Assembly (NCBI GenBank): GCA_963676795.2
Contig: CAXXTB010000001.1
Location: forward strand, 1-64,000
Direction: 5' to 3'
Origin: Geopsychrobacteraceae bacterium
GTDB lineage: Bacteria; Desulfobacterota; Desulfuromonadia; Desulfuromonadales; Geopsychrobacteraceae
DNA: 64,000 nt
Part shown: positions 10,649 to 20,729 of the stretch, piece after piece
Layout of the letters: every line of letters begins with the position of its first letter
Numbering within the stretch: the first letter of the stretch is position 1
The notes under the pieces: model-generated
The model's input: only the letters and a program-made list of their open reading frames with translations
The model's database searches: none
What the model was told of the DNA's origin: nothing
Program-made: the position numbers and the translations under genes

Positions 10649-12634
10649 ATGAAAAAGTTGTCATTACGCAATCGTATTCTACTTCCGATCACTACATTGA
10701 TCATCATCGGCATCGCCGCTATTGTCAGCCTATCATCGCAGGCCACGTCCAACATTGTCCATAACGACATTCACGAGCACCTTGAGCTGACCACCCGGAG
10801 CATCGCCAGCCAATTCGGACTCTGGGTTGCCGCCCACAGGGCCAACCTCGAAGATCTGGGTACCAGGCTTGAGCTCATGACCCTTATCAGCAGCCCAACC
10901 CCACAGGCAAAGACTGAGGCAGCCCCGGTGTTGACCTCCTTCATCAAACGCTTTGGTGACTACGACGCTGTATCGATTTACAATACAGATGGAGAACTCC
11001 TGGCAACAACCCGGGAAAAGAAAGAGAACACTACCGCTGCCTGGTTTAAACAGGCCAGCGGTGGTGAGACAGTATACAGCCAGGTTGAAAAAACCGCTGA
11101 AGCTGGCTCTGCCCTTACCATAGCATTCCCCCTCAAAGTTCAAGGCAACGTCGCGGGAGTTCTGGCGGCGTCAATCTCATTGCGGAACTTTGTCGGAACG
11201 ATTATCTCCCCGGTCAAAATCGGCGAGCAGGGCTATCTGTATATGACCGACCAGACGGGAACCATATCCGCACATCCCGACCCTGGTCTCATCGGGATCC
11301 TCAACCTGAATAAATACAGTTGGGGACAGGAGATCCTCAAACAGCGCAACGGGACGAACGTCTACACCTTCAACGGCCTGGAAAAGCTCGTCATCTTCCA
11401 TAGCGAACCGCTGACCGGCTGGCTGATCGCTGCCGGCGCTTCGACCGAGGACCTGTTTGGACCTCTACACCGGCTGCAACTCGAGAACGCAGTCATCGCA
11501 GCTGTCGTCGTGCTGCTGCTGGTTGTCGTCATCGTGCTGATCGTCAGACCGATCGTCGCCTCCCTGGCCAGAGGGGTCGCCTTTGCCGAGGAGATCCAAC
11601 AGGGCGACCTGTCAAGCCGCCTGCATCTGAAACGCGGAGATGAGATTGGCAAACTGGCCTGCGCCCTCGACAGGATGGCCGACAGCCTCCAGCAGCGGGC
11701 CGAACTGGCTGAAGCGATTGCCAGAGGGGATCTCTCACGCGAGGTCGAACTCAGTTCCGAACGCGACACTCTGGGGCAGGCGCTGAAAACCATGAACGCA
11801 GGACTGAACGGCATCATCAGCCAGATCGGCCTGGCCAGCGAACAGATCGATTCCGGCTCGGAACAGGTCTCCACTTCGGCGCAGGAACTGTCACGTGGAT
11901 CGACAGAACAGGCTGCGTCCATTGAGGAGATCAGTGCCAGCCTCAACGAACTTGCCGGCCAGACCAGGAAAAATGCCGAATCCGCCGGCAGCGCCAAGGA
12001 GCTGGCCACCACCGCTCAGAGCGCAGCCAGGGAAGGCAGTGTGGCAATGCGGGAAATGGTTGCGGCAATGCAGGAGATTCACAAATCGGGTCAGGATATC
12101 TGCAAGATCATCAAGACCATCGATGAAATCGCCTTCCAGACCAACCTGCTGGCCCTCAACGCTGCGGTTGAAGCGGCCCGTGCCGGTCAACATGGCAAGG
12201 GCTTTGCCGTTGTCGCCGAAGAGGTGCGGAATCTGGCCGTACGCAGCGCCAAAGCGGCCCACGAAACAGCAGCGTTGATCGAGGGGAGTGTCAGCAAAGG
12301 GGATAGCGGCAGCGAAATCGCCAAGAGGACATCACTGAAATTGGAAGAGATCGTCAATAGTATCGGCCAAACGGCTGAACTGGTCGCTGACATCGCCTCG
12401 TCATCGAACAACCAGGCAAGCGGCCTCGCCCAGGTCAACGACGGCATCTTCCAGGTCAGTGAAGTGATCCAGCGCAATACCGCCGGTGCCGAAGAGAGCG
12501 CTGCTGCGGCCGAACAGCTATCGAGCCAGTCAAGCTACCTCTACCAGCTGATCGCCCAGTTCAAACTGAAGGATCAGCAGCTTGAATACCGTGCTGGTCA
12601 GCAGCAGTTGCAGATCGACATCGCCACAAGCTGA
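10649..12634 (+). CDS. Methyl-accepting chemotaxis protein with shorter dCache sensor and no C-terminal pentapeptide (MCP6)
   Basis: MKKLSLR start, TM/Cache/HAMP segments and MCP tip motif; ends QIDIATS. Confidence 0.96.
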   Translation: MKKLSLRNRILLPITTLIIIGIAAIVSLSSQATSNIVHNDIHEHLELTTRSIASQFGLWVAAHRANLEDLGTRLELMTLISSPTPQAKTEAAPVLTSFIKRFGDYDAVSIYNTDGELLATTREKKENTTAAWFKQASGGETVYSQVEKTAEAGSALTIAFPLKVQGNVAGVLAASISLRNFVGTIISPVKIGEQGYLYMTDQTGTISAHPDPGLIGILNLNKYSWGQEILKQRNGTNVYTFNGLEKLVIFHSEPLTGWLIAAGASTEDLFGPLHRLQLENAVIAAVVVLLLVVVIVLIVRPIVASLARGVAFAEEIQQGDLSSRLHLKRGDEIGKLACALDRMADSLQQRAELAEAIARGDLSREVELSSERDTLGQALKTMNAGLNGIISQIGLASEQIDSGSEQVSTSAQELSRGSTEQAASIEEISASLNELAGQTRKNAESAGSAKELATTAQSAAREGSVAMREMVAAMQEIHKSGQDICKIIKTIDEIAFQTNLLALNAAVEAARAGQHGKGFAVVAEEVRNLAVRSAKAAHETAALIEGSVSKGDSGSEIAKRTSLKLEEIVNSIGQTAELVADIASSSNNQASGLAQVNDGIFQVSEVIQRNTAGAEESAAAAEQLSSQSSYLYQLIAQFKLKDQQLEYRAGQQQLQIDIATS

Positions 12635-12653
12635 CGCCACATTCACCACTATC

Positions 12654-12694
12654 AGCAACGCAAGGGGCTGTCACTGGCAGTCCCTTGCGTTGCT
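12654..12694 (+). terminator. Long stem-loop after MCP6
   Basis: AGCAACGCAAGGG...CCCTTGCGTTGCT 13-bp perfect outer stem. Confidence 0.7.
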
Positions 12695-12731
12695 CTTATA
12701 TCCACGACATTTCACACGTCTGTTTCATTCA

Positions 12732-13139
12732 CCAACCAAAACTCCGCATCGCGGAGTTTTTCCGGTTCTGCCCATCAGGTGAGCTTGCTCACCGTGGGGC
12801 GTGCTGTCAGTTGCTGGTGTGAAGCTACGAAGAGATGAAGGCAGGAAATCGACATATTAAAAGAGCGTTTTTGCTTACTTTTGCAGCTCTGGGCAAAAGT
12901 AAGGCGCCGGCGGGGACGCAACCCCGCGAACTTGATTTTCGATTAATTGAACAGCTCAAAATCAAAATCGCCGGTTCTCGCACCGGCTGGCGACGTACTT
13001 TTTTGAATCGTCAAAAAAGTACGCAAAAAAACTTTTTGAAAACACTGACGTAAGCCGTTCACACCGTTCAGCAACGGTTCATAACAGACAAACGGAGCGC
13101 GCCCAACGATGGGCTATGCCCATCTAACGGGCAGAACCG
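12732..13139. repeat. ~400 bp multi-hairpin dispersed element, copy A (structured RNA or REPIN/MITE-like)
   Basis: Colinear with 59632-60026; shared core GCGTTTTTGCTTACTTTTGC..GGGCAAAAGTAAGGCGCCG; inverted ends CGGTTCTGCCC (12763) and GGGCAGAACCG (13129). Confidence 0.85.
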
Positions 13140-13164
13140 CATTGGATTAAAGGCAGAAGCTTCT

Positions 13165-13186
13165 GGGGTGGCCGCCTGGCCACCCC
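13165..13186. terminator. GC-rich hairpin downstream of the RND permease
   Basis: GGGGTGGCC-gcct-GGCCACCCC, 17 bp past the stop at 13204. Confidence 0.5.
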
Positions 13187-13203
13187 TTATTCATAAAATC
13201 CTA

Positions 13204-16200
13204 TCAGCGGGCAGACTTCCATTTCCCGTAAATCAGCCAGTAAACCACCGGAATGACCACCAGGGTAAAAGCCGTCGAGGCAAAGACGCCGAAGATGATC
13301 GACCAAGCCAGACCGGAGAAGATCGGATCGAGGGTGATGATCCAGTTGCCGAGCAGAGCCGCGCCGGCGGTCAGCAGGATCGGCCGCAGGCGGACGGCAC
13401 CGCTCTCGATCAGCGCATCCTTGAGCGCCAAACCGCGCTTTTCGGCATGATGGATGAAATCGATCAGGATGATCGAGTTGCGTACGACAATCCCGGCCAG
13501 GGCGATCATGCCGATCATTGCCGTTGCCGTGAAAAAGACCGGCGTGTCATAGCCGCCGACCGGGTTATTGGTCAGCACATTCAGCAGCCAGAAGCCCGGC
13601 ATGATGCCGATCATGGTCAGTGGGATCGCCGCCATGATGATCAGCGGCATGACGTAGGAGCCGGTTTCGATCAGCAGCAGCAGGTAGATCAACACCATTG
13701 CCGCGCCGAAGGCGATCCCCAGATCACGGAAGACATCGAGGGTGATCTTCCACTCCCCTTCCCCGCTCCAGACCACCGATGTCCCCTGGGGCAATGGTTC
13801 ATCCCTGAAATGGAAGATCAGGTTGAGGATCGCGTTGACCGGACTCTTACCCGCCATCTCGCCGAACACGTAGGAAACACGCTTGAGGTTCTTGTGATAG
13901 ATGGTCGACTCCAGGTGCTCCTCGACAAAATGACCCAACTCAGAGAGACGCACCATCTGCCCCTGACGACCGCGCAGCTGCAGGTTCTCCAGCGAGGTCA
14001 TCGAAGAACGGGAATCGACCGGCAGCTTGACGATGATCGGCAGCGGGTTGCGTTCGCTATCGATATGCAGGGTTCCGGCCATGCCTCCGCCCACGGCAAT
14101 AGAGAGGGTCCGGGCCAGATCGGCGGTGGTGATTCCCGCCAGCGCCAGTTTATCGCGCTCCGGAACGAAATGCAGCCGGGTCTGTGGCGCTTCGACACTG
14201 GTATCCACATCGACGACCTTGTCCTCGGCCGCCATCCGCTGACGGATCACTTCGGTCGCTTCCAGCTGCTGGGCGTAAGAGATCCCTTCGTCGGCATAGA
14301 CCTCGGCGGTCAGGGTCGCGATAACCGGTGGCCCCGGCGGCAGTTCAACGATCTTGAGCAGGGCGCCGTGACGGGCGGCGATGGCGGTCAGGTCATCGCG
14401 CAGACGCAGGGTGATCTCGTGACTCTGCTGGGCGCGGCGCCCCTTGGAGGCCAGGTTGACGCGGATATCGCCGAGGTTCTGCCCCTGGCGCATGTAGTAA
14501 TGACGAACCATGCCGTTGAAATCAACGGCGCTGGCGGTGCCGACATAGGCTTCGAAATCGGTCACCTCGTTGACCGTCGCCAGGTAATCTTCCAGATCAC
14601 GGGCCACGGCATCGGTCTGCTCCAGGGTCGCCCCTTCCGGCAGGTCGATGACCAGCTGAAACTCGTTCTTGTTATCGAAGGGGAGCATCTTGAGCGGCAC
14701 CAGATTGAGCGCCGGCATAGCCATCGAGATCAAGAGCAGCACGACAACAACCAGGATCAGCCCCCAGGCCAGCGGACGGCGGGTCAAAAACGGTTCGAGA
14801 ATCCGCCGGTAGATCCGGTAGGTCTTCGTTTCTTCAAGAACGAACTCCTTCTCTTCATGCTTGCCGTATTCCCCTTTGAGGATATGATAGGACATCCAGG
14901 GAGTGACCGTAAAGGCAACAACCAGCGACATGATCATGGTCAGCGGCAGGTTGACCGCCATCGGCTTCATATAAGGCCCCATCATCCCGGTGATGTACAA
15001 CATCGGCAGAAACGACAGGATAACAGCGAGAGTCGCCACGATGACCGGCGGCCTGACCTCATCAACGGCGGTCAGAACGGCCTGGCGTGGCGGTTCCTTC
15101 TTCATCTTGAAGTGGCGGTAGATATTCTCGACGTCAACGATCGGGTCGTCGACCAGCAGCCCCAGTGCCAGCACCAGGGCGAACAGGGTGACCCGGTTGA
15201 TGGTGTAGCCGAACCAGTAATTGACCAGCAGTGTCAGCGAATAGATGATCGGGATTGACACCGCAACGATGAAGGCCTCCCGCCAGCCGAGGGCGAACAG
15301 AACCAGCAGCAGCACGGTGACAATCGCGATAACCAGGTGGGTGATCAGCTCGTTGACCTTATGGTTGGCCGTCTCGCCGTAGTCACGGGTAACCCTGACC
15401 TGAATATTATCCGGGATGATCTCCCCCTGCAGCGAGTGCAGCTTCTCGATGACATCCTCGGCGACCTTGACAGCGTTGGTCCCCTTCTTCTTGGCCACAG
15501 CAATGTTGACCGCCTGGTACTCCTTGCCAAGATCCGCCCCCTCTTCAGCGGGACCGAACCTCAAGCGCGTATAGTTGCTCGGCTCGGCCATGCCGTCAGT
15601 GACCCTGGCGACATCACGCAGGTAAACCGGCGCGCCGTTATCAACCGCAACGATCAGCTCGGCGATCTCCGCTGCCGAATTCAGGAAGGAGCCGCCGCGG
15701 ACCAGGATCTGCTGGTTGGAATTCTGATAGCTGCCGGCATCCAGCTCCAGATTGGCGCCGTTCAGAGCGTTCTGAATCGAAAGGATATCAAGATTGCGCG
15801 CCGCCAGGGCGACCGGGTCGACCTCGATCGCGATCTGGCGGGGCGGACCGCCGATGATCTGGGTCTTCGAAGTATCATCGACCTCCTGCAGGCGGTCGAC
15901 GACCTCTTCGGCCAGACGGCGCAGCTCGAAATCGGTCGCTTCGTCGGAATAGAGTGTCAGGTTGAGGATCGGCACATCGTTGACCTCAACCGGGCGGATC
16001 ACCCAGCTGGCGACCCCGGGCGGAACGATGTCGGTATGGGTGGCTAGCTTGTTGTGCAGCTTGACCAGCGAATCGATGCGGTCCTCGCCGACGAAGTAGC
16101 GGACCGTGACGATTGCCATATCGGGGCGCGACATGGAATAGACGTATTCAACCCCGTCGACCTGCCAGAGCAGTTTTTCCAGCCGGGTCGACACCTGCTT

Positions 16201-16404
16201 CTCCACCTCAGCGGCGCTGGCTCCCGGCATATGGACATAGACGTCGGCAAGCGGCACGACGATCTGCGGTTCCTCTTCACGCGGGGTCAGGGTCAGGGCG
16301 GCGATCCCGGCCAGAACCGCGAGCAGGATCAGGATGATCGACAGCTTGCCGTCGAGAAACTTGTCGACGATACGGGTTGGAAGGGTTCGCTTATGTTCGC
16401 TCAT
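13204..16404 (-). CDS. RND efflux permease (AcrB/AcrD/AcrF family)
   Basis: 1066 aa; two large periplasmic loops; GLLVDDPIV, GIVVRNSII and RLRPILLT motifs. Confidence 0.95.
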   Translation of the reverse strand: MSEHKRTLPTRIVDKFLDGKLSIILILLAVLAGIAALTLTPREEEPQIVVPLADVYVHMPGASAAEVEKQVSTRLEKLLWQVDGVEYVYSMSRPDMAIVTVRYFVGEDRIDSLVKLHNKLATHTDIVPPGVASWVIRPVEVNDVPILNLTLYSDEATDFELRRLAEEVVDRLQEVDDTSKTQIIGGPPRQIAIEVDPVALAARNLDILSIQNALNGANLELDAGSYQNSNQQILVRGGSFLNSAAEIAELIVAVDNGAPVYLRDVARVTDGMAEPSNYTRLRFGPAEEGADLGKEYQAVNIAVAKKKGTNAVKVAEDVIEKLHSLQGEIIPDNIQVRVTRDYGETANHKVNELITHLVIAIVTVLLLVLFALGWREAFIVAVSIPIIYSLTLLVNYWFGYTINRVTLFALVLALGLLVDDPIVDVENIYRHFKMKKEPPRQAVLTAVDEVRPPVIVATLAVILSFLPMLYITGMMGPYMKPMAVNLPLTMIMSLVVAFTVTPWMSYHILKGEYGKHEEKEFVLEETKTYRIYRRILEPFLTRRPLAWGLILVVVVLLLISMAMPALNLVPLKMLPFDNKNEFQLVIDLPEGATLEQTDAVARDLEDYLATVNEVTDFEAYVGTASAVDFNGMVRHYYMRQGQNLGDIRVNLASKGRRAQQSHEITLRLRDDLTAIAARHGALLKIVELPPGPPVIATLTAEVYADEGISYAQQLEATEVIRQRMAAEDKVVDVDTSVEAPQTRLHFVPERDKLALAGITTADLARTLSIAVGGGMAGTLHIDSERNPLPIIVKLPVDSRSSMTSLENLQLRGRQGQMVRLSELGHFVEEHLESTIYHKNLKRVSYVFGEMAGKSPVNAILNLIFHFRDEPLPQGTSVVWSGEGEWKITLDVFRDLGIAFGAAMVLIYLLLLIETGSYVMPLIIMAAIPLTMIGIMPGFWLLNVLTNNPVGGYDTPVFFTATAMIGMIALAGIVVRNSIILIDFIHHAEKRGLALKDALIESGAVRLRPILLTAGAALLGNWIITLDPIFSGLAWSIIFGVFASTAFTLVVIPVVYWLIYGKWKSAR

Positions 16405-17507
16405 GAGCCGCGCTCCACCCGGGCACCATTCTTCGCCTGTTCCACCTGCTCGGCGACGATTTCATCACCGGCCTTCAGCCCGGAGAGAACCTCGACCTGA
16501 TTGCCGAAGTCGCGGCCGAGTCTCACCAGGCGGAACTTCATGACATCGTCGATGATCAGAAACACCCCGGTCAGTTGGCCGCGCTGGGTCACCGCCGTTT
16601 TGGGGATCAGTACCAGAGCCTCACCCGGCAGGCTGCGGCTGGCTCTGACGAAGACGCCGGTCGGCAGACCGTCGGCCTTGCTCAGGTCGACCAGCACATC
16701 AAAGCTCCGGCTGGTCGGATCACTCGCCCCCTGGACCCGGATGACCTGGCCGACAACCTCGCGGCCAAGCGCCGGTACGCTGATCTTCATCTCGGCACCG
16801 GGGCTGATCTGGCCGAGCAGCCGTTCCGGAACCTTGATCCGGGCCTGCCGGACCCCTTCACGATCCAGGGTCAACAGCTGGATCCCCGGCAGAACCGTGG
16901 CGCCGAGTTCGACGTGGATACTGACCACCGTCCCCGGGAAAGGGGCGACCAGTCGATTGTAGCTGTTCTGCTTGAGGATGCTGTCCCGCTCGGCCTCGCC
17001 TCTTTCGACCTGAGCCTGAGAAGCGGCCAGCTGCTGACGGGCCATGCTTAAGTCAGCGGTGACCTGATCGAATTCCTGAGCGGTGATCGCCGCAGAATCG
17101 AGGAGTTTGCGATAACGTTCCGCCGTCTGTTCGGCCAGGGTCAGATGGGCCTGAGCAGACTCAACCTGACGCTCAGCGGCACGAATCGACGCCTCTGCCG
17201 CACGCAACTGCTCGCCGGCCGTGTTGTCGCTGATCTCGAGCAGCACCTGCCCCTCTGTGGTGACAGCGCCTTCACGGACATTCAGCTTGGTCACCTTGCC
17301 GCTGCTGCGAGCCACCAGAACAGCACGATCGCGGCTTTCGACCGAGCCGACGAACTGTTCGGTCGTCTGCTCCTTGCTCGCCTGCAGGGTCACCAGTGGA
17401 AGAGCGATCACCAGCCCCCCATTCTGTTCGGTCGTTCCCGGTTCCAGCTTGTCCTGACAGCCGGTCAACACCAAAAGCAGCAGGGAGAATAGAGCAATGG
17501 CTTTCAT
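16401..17507 (-). CDS. RND periplasmic adaptor (membrane fusion) lipoprotein
   Basis: Lipobox LTGC; lipoyl halves flanking a coiled coil (LVAPFPGTV); VEVLSGLKAGDEIV; ATGA overlap with the permease. Confidence 0.93.
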   Translation of the reverse strand: MKAIALFSLLLLVLTGCQDKLEPGTTEQNGGLVIALPLVTLQASKEQTTEQFVGSVESRDRAVLVARSSGKVTKLNVREGAVTTEGQVLLEISDNTAGEQLRAAEASIRAAERQVESAQAHLTLAEQTAERYRKLLDSAAITAQEFDQVTADLSMARQQLAASQAQVERGEAERDSILKQNSYNRLVAPFPGTVVSIHVELGATVLPGIQLLTLDREGVRQARIKVPERLLGQISPGAEMKISVPALGREVVGQVIRVQGASDPTSRSFDVLVDLSKADGLPTGVFVRASRSLPGEALVLIPKTAVTQRGQLTGVFLIIDDVMKFRLVRLGRDFGNQVEVLSGLKAGDEIVAEQVEQAKNGARVERGS

Positions 17508-18832
17508 TTCAGAGATCCTTTCTCGTCCATCAGACTTTCAAGCAGGCGTCCGGCAACGAAATGCTGCTTCGCCCGGGTTCCGATCAGGTGGATCTGCGCG
17601 GCCGTCAAACCAGCGCGGATTTTGGCCAGCTGGGCCTGAACCGACAACAGCTCCGCCATGGTGGCCAGACCGTTACGATAACGGCTGAGCATCAGTTGGT
17701 AACCTTCGCTCGCAGCCTCCAGGGCCAGCCTACCGGTGACCAGCTGGCGCTCCGCCGTTTCGGCATCCAGCGCAGCCTCAACCTGTTCCAGCTGAGCCTG
17801 GCGCAGCTGCTGCCGGTAGCTTTCTTCGGCACTCTTTTTCAGTGCCAGTGCCTGGGCACTCTGGTGACTGCGCGCCATACCATCGAAAAGCTGCCAGCTC
17901 AGGCCGGCCTGAACCGTCCAGCTGTCGGCATCGTCGGAAAAGGGGTAATCTTCATCATGGTGAGACCAGGACGCACCTGCCTGCAGCCTCGGCAGCCAGG
18001 CGGCGCGAGCCTGAAGCCGCATCTCTTCAGCACTCTGGATCTGCCACTTCAAAACTTCCAGATCAGCCCGGCCTGAAACCTTGCCGACCTCGAGGGGGGC
18101 GATAAAATTGACGTTCAGCGGCTCCGTAATTTCAACGAGAGGATCTTCGCTGCCGATCAGAAACCCAAGCCTGTGCTGCGCCAGCAGAACCTGGTTCCGG
18201 GCGCTGACCAGCTGGCGCTGACTATCGGCCTGCTGAACCTCGGCCGACAGGGTATCAGCACGCAGCCCGGTTCCTGAGTTCTCCCGTTCCCTGGCCAGAC
18301 GCAGGATCTCGCTGGTTTCTTCCAGCAGCTGCGTCACCCGTTGCTGTTCGGCCTGGCTACGCTGGATATCGAGATAGGCGTTGAAGATCTGCATCGCCAG
18401 GGCCTCACGCGCCGCTTCAAGCCCGGCCTGAACCGAACGGACCTGGCTCCTGGCCTGTCTCACGCTGTATTTGATGTCGGGATTATAAAGCGGCACAGCC
18501 AGCTGCAGACGGGTTTCGAAGTCGCTGCGGGTCGGTGGATAGTTGTAGGCATCGGCGGAATTGGATAACTCGAGCTGTTCCTGATTGAGGGCAATGAACA
18601 GGCTGTTGCCCGGTTCATTGCTGCGCACCAGGTTCTCCTGCAGGCTCAGCTTCGGCCAGTGCTGACTGCCGGCGACACGGGCAGCCGCTTCCACCGCTTC
18701 ACTCTGAGCAACCCTGGACAGGTAACCCGGATTCTTCTCCAGCCCGGAGACCAGCGCCTGTCTGAGTGTCAAGCTTTGAGCACCGGCCGATATCGGCATG
18801 AGCAGCAACAGACAGATGATCATCAGTCTCAT
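17504..18832 (-). CDS. TolC-family outer membrane efflux protein
   Basis: Signal peptide; duplicated OEP repeats (WPKLSL / WLPRLQ, LSWQLFDG, RYRNG); first gene of the RND operon. Confidence 0.92.
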   Translation of the reverse strand: MRLMIICLLLLMPISAGAQSLTLRQALVSGLEKNPGYLSRVAQSEAVEAAARVAGSQHWPKLSLQENLVRSNEPGNSLFIALNQEQLELSNSADAYNYPPTRSDFETRLQLAVPLYNPDIKYSVRQARSQVRSVQAGLEAAREALAMQIFNAYLDIQRSQAEQQRVTQLLEETSEILRLARERENSGTGLRADTLSAEVQQADSQRQLVSARNQVLLAQHRLGFLIGSEDPLVEITEPLNVNFIAPLEVGKVSGRADLEVLKWQIQSAEEMRLQARAAWLPRLQAGASWSHHDEDYPFSDDADSWTVQAGLSWQLFDGMARSHQSAQALALKKSAEESYRQQLRQAQLEQVEAALDAETAERQLVTGRLALEAASEGYQLMLSRYRNGLATMAELLSVQAQLAKIRAGLTAAQIHLIGTRAKQHFVAGRLLESLMDEKGSLK

Positions 18833-18996
18833 CGATATACCCCCTTATTACATTCAATTTTCCATATACTATGATATAGACGGACGGCTAAATCAAGTAT
18901 CTCGAGTAAAAGTTACAATAACTGTTTCAATTATCGGCATCTTTCTGATAAAAAAGCAGATCAAACAATAGCAACAACCCATATCAACAGTTTATT

Positions 18997-19428
18997 ATGC
19001 AAAAAAAACTATCTTCCCTAAACAGAATTCTACACGCTAAAGACAGGATTTGCATTCTTTCCACTGTCGACGCTGATCAGCAACCCAACGCCGCCATTTT
19101 TGGTGCGGTCAAAGAATCTGAGGGAAGAATCCTGCTCGCCACCGGCAACAATCGGACCAAAGCCAACCTGGCCGGACAGCCGGCGGCCATGCTCACCGTC
19201 TTCATTCCGGCAGAGGCTCCCCATCTTTACCGGGGCATGCGACTCAAACTCAGGTTTGACCAGCTGATCGAGACTGGCAGCATCCTGGATAGCTTTGTCC
19301 AGGACGTTGCGGAACATGCGGGCCAATCTGCTGCGGACAGTATCCGCTGTGTTTTGAGCTTTCGTATTCTGAGCATCTCTCCGCTGGCCTCCCTGCCTAC
19401 CCTTGATCCCTCCGCAGTCACCAGCTGA
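18997..19428 (+). CDS. Pyridoxamine 5'-phosphate oxidase-like FMN-binding split-barrel protein
   Basis: ILSTVDADQQPNAA and NRTKANL...P motifs; 143 aa; TGATG coupling to the next gene. Confidence 0.7.
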   Translation: MQKKLSSLNRILHAKDRICILSTVDADQQPNAAIFGAVKESEGRILLATGNNRTKANLAGQPAAMLTVFIPAEAPHLYRGMRLKLRFDQLIETGSILDSFVQDVAEHAGQSAADSIRCVLSFRILSISPLASLPTLDPSAVTS

Positions 19429-20729
19429 TGAAAATACTGCTTATAAATCCCCCCAATTCAGGGCGCAGCATTCCGGAAGAACGCTACGCTATCGATTCGA
19501 TAAAACAGATGTTTCGCGGAGAGCCCCTGGCCCTTGAAGTTCTGGCCGGCAACCTCGCGGATCACCAGATTCGAATCCTCGACCTGAAGGCAGCACCAGA
19601 CAGCCTGGACCAGACCTTCACAGACTTCGCTCCAGACTTGGTCGGCTTTACGGCAATGACCTGCGAGGCGCAGACGGTTCTTGCCCTGGCCAGACAGATA
19701 AAAACAAAGAAGCAGGTGACGATCGTCGTCGGCGGCGTCCACGCGTCCTGCGATCCGCACTTCTTCAACGATCCGGCCATCGACTGGATCGTCATCGGGA
19801 TCGGCAAATTGAGCTTTGCCCAACTCGTCTCACAGCTTGAAAATGGTGAAAAAACCGCCGCAATCGATATTCCCGGGATTGCCCGTACTGCACCGGGGGA
19901 AGAGCTCAATTACCGTCCACGTCTGTACTGCCATGATGACCTGGTCGAGCAGGCGGCGCCGCGTTATGACCTGGTCAAGGATTACCGGGATCAGTATTTC
20001 CTGGCCAAGCTCGGGATCCAGCTGGGCCAAGTGATGACCGCCGCCGGTTGCCCCTATAACTGTAACTTCTGCTGCATCGCTCCGCTGACCGGCAACCGCT
20101 ATCTGAACGCCGGAATCCCAGGTATCATCCGTGACATCGGTCAGCTCGACACATCCCCCGTCATCCGCCTGGTCGATGCCAACAGTTTCGGCAATCAGCG
20201 ACGGGCGACGGAACTGGCCAATGCCATCATTGCCGCAGGCATAAAAAAACAGTTTCTCGCCGATGTGCGGGCCGATACGGTTGTGCGCCATCCGGAACTG
20301 CTCAAGCTCTGGGCCCAGGCCGGATTGCGGGCTGTCGTCATCGGCTTTGAAGAAATTTCCGACAGTGCCCTCGGTGCGATGAATAAGAGCTCAGATATTG
20401 CCTGTCATGTCGAAGCAATCAGGATTCTCCACGATCTCGGCATCACCATCGTCGGTGATTTCATTATTTCGCCGGATTATTCTGAACAGCAATTTGACCT
20501 GCTTGCCGATTTTAATTTAAAACAGGGAATCGAGCTTCCCATGTACACCGTGCTGACCCCGCTGCCGGGTACAGCGCTCTACCAGCAAATGAAAAGTCAG
20601 ATCCGGATTTTCGACCTCGATTACTACACCCTCACCAATGCAGTGGTCACAACGGCACTTGCGGAGGAACGCTTTTACCGGCGTTACGCTGAGCTCCTCC
20701 AGCTCGGGCACCAGCACGCCAGGATTTGA
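19428..20729 (+). CDS. Cobalamin-binding radical SAM enzyme
   Basis: N-terminal B12 domain (KILLINPP, PLAL, PDLVGFT, VVGGVHAS); CPYNCNFC; TPLPGT. Confidence 0.93.
   Translation: MKILLINPPNSGRSIPEERYAIDSIKQMFRGEPLALEVLAGNLADHQIRILDLKAAPDSLDQTFTDFAPDLVGFTAMTCEAQTVLALARQIKTKKQVTIVVGGVHASCDPHFFNDPAIDWIVIGIGKLSFAQLVSQLENGEKTAAIDIPGIARTAPGEELNYRPRLYCHDDLVEQAAPRYDLVKDYRDQYFLAKLGIQLGQVMTAAGCPYNCNFCCIAPLTGNRYLNAGIPGIIRDIGQLDTSPVIRLVDANSFGNQRRATELANAIIAAGIKKQFLADVRADTVVRHPELLKLWAQAGLRAVVIGFEEISDSALGAMNKSSDIACHVEAIRILHDLGITIVGDFIISPDYSEQQFDLLADFNLKQGIELPMYTVLTPLPGTALYQQMKSQIRIFDLDYYTLTNAVVTTALAEERFYRRYAELLQLGHQHARI

Noticed and set aside
12891..12930. GGGCAAAA...GGGACGCAA resembling a c-di-GMP-I (GEMM) riboswitch
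   Set aside because: No GAAA-tetraloop P2 arrangement; GCAAAAG is paired in a different stem; copy B lacks GACGCAA; not in a 5' leader. An Rfam scan would settle it
12835..13053. Small ORFs inside the 400 bp elements (also 59551-59844, 59741-59929 and the 3' part of 59303-59836) sharing KRAFLLTFAA.GKSKAP
   Set aside because: The peptide similarity follows from the DNA repeat; starts and stops are not conserved between copies, while base pairing is
13168..15258. 696 aa plus-strand ORF
   Set aside because: Antisense shadow of the RND permease with no motifs; expected from GC-rich codon bias
18931..18957. Perfect sigma28 -10 (GCCGATAA) on the minus strand upstream of the TolC-family gene
   Set aside because: No TAAA -35 at the 15 bp spacing
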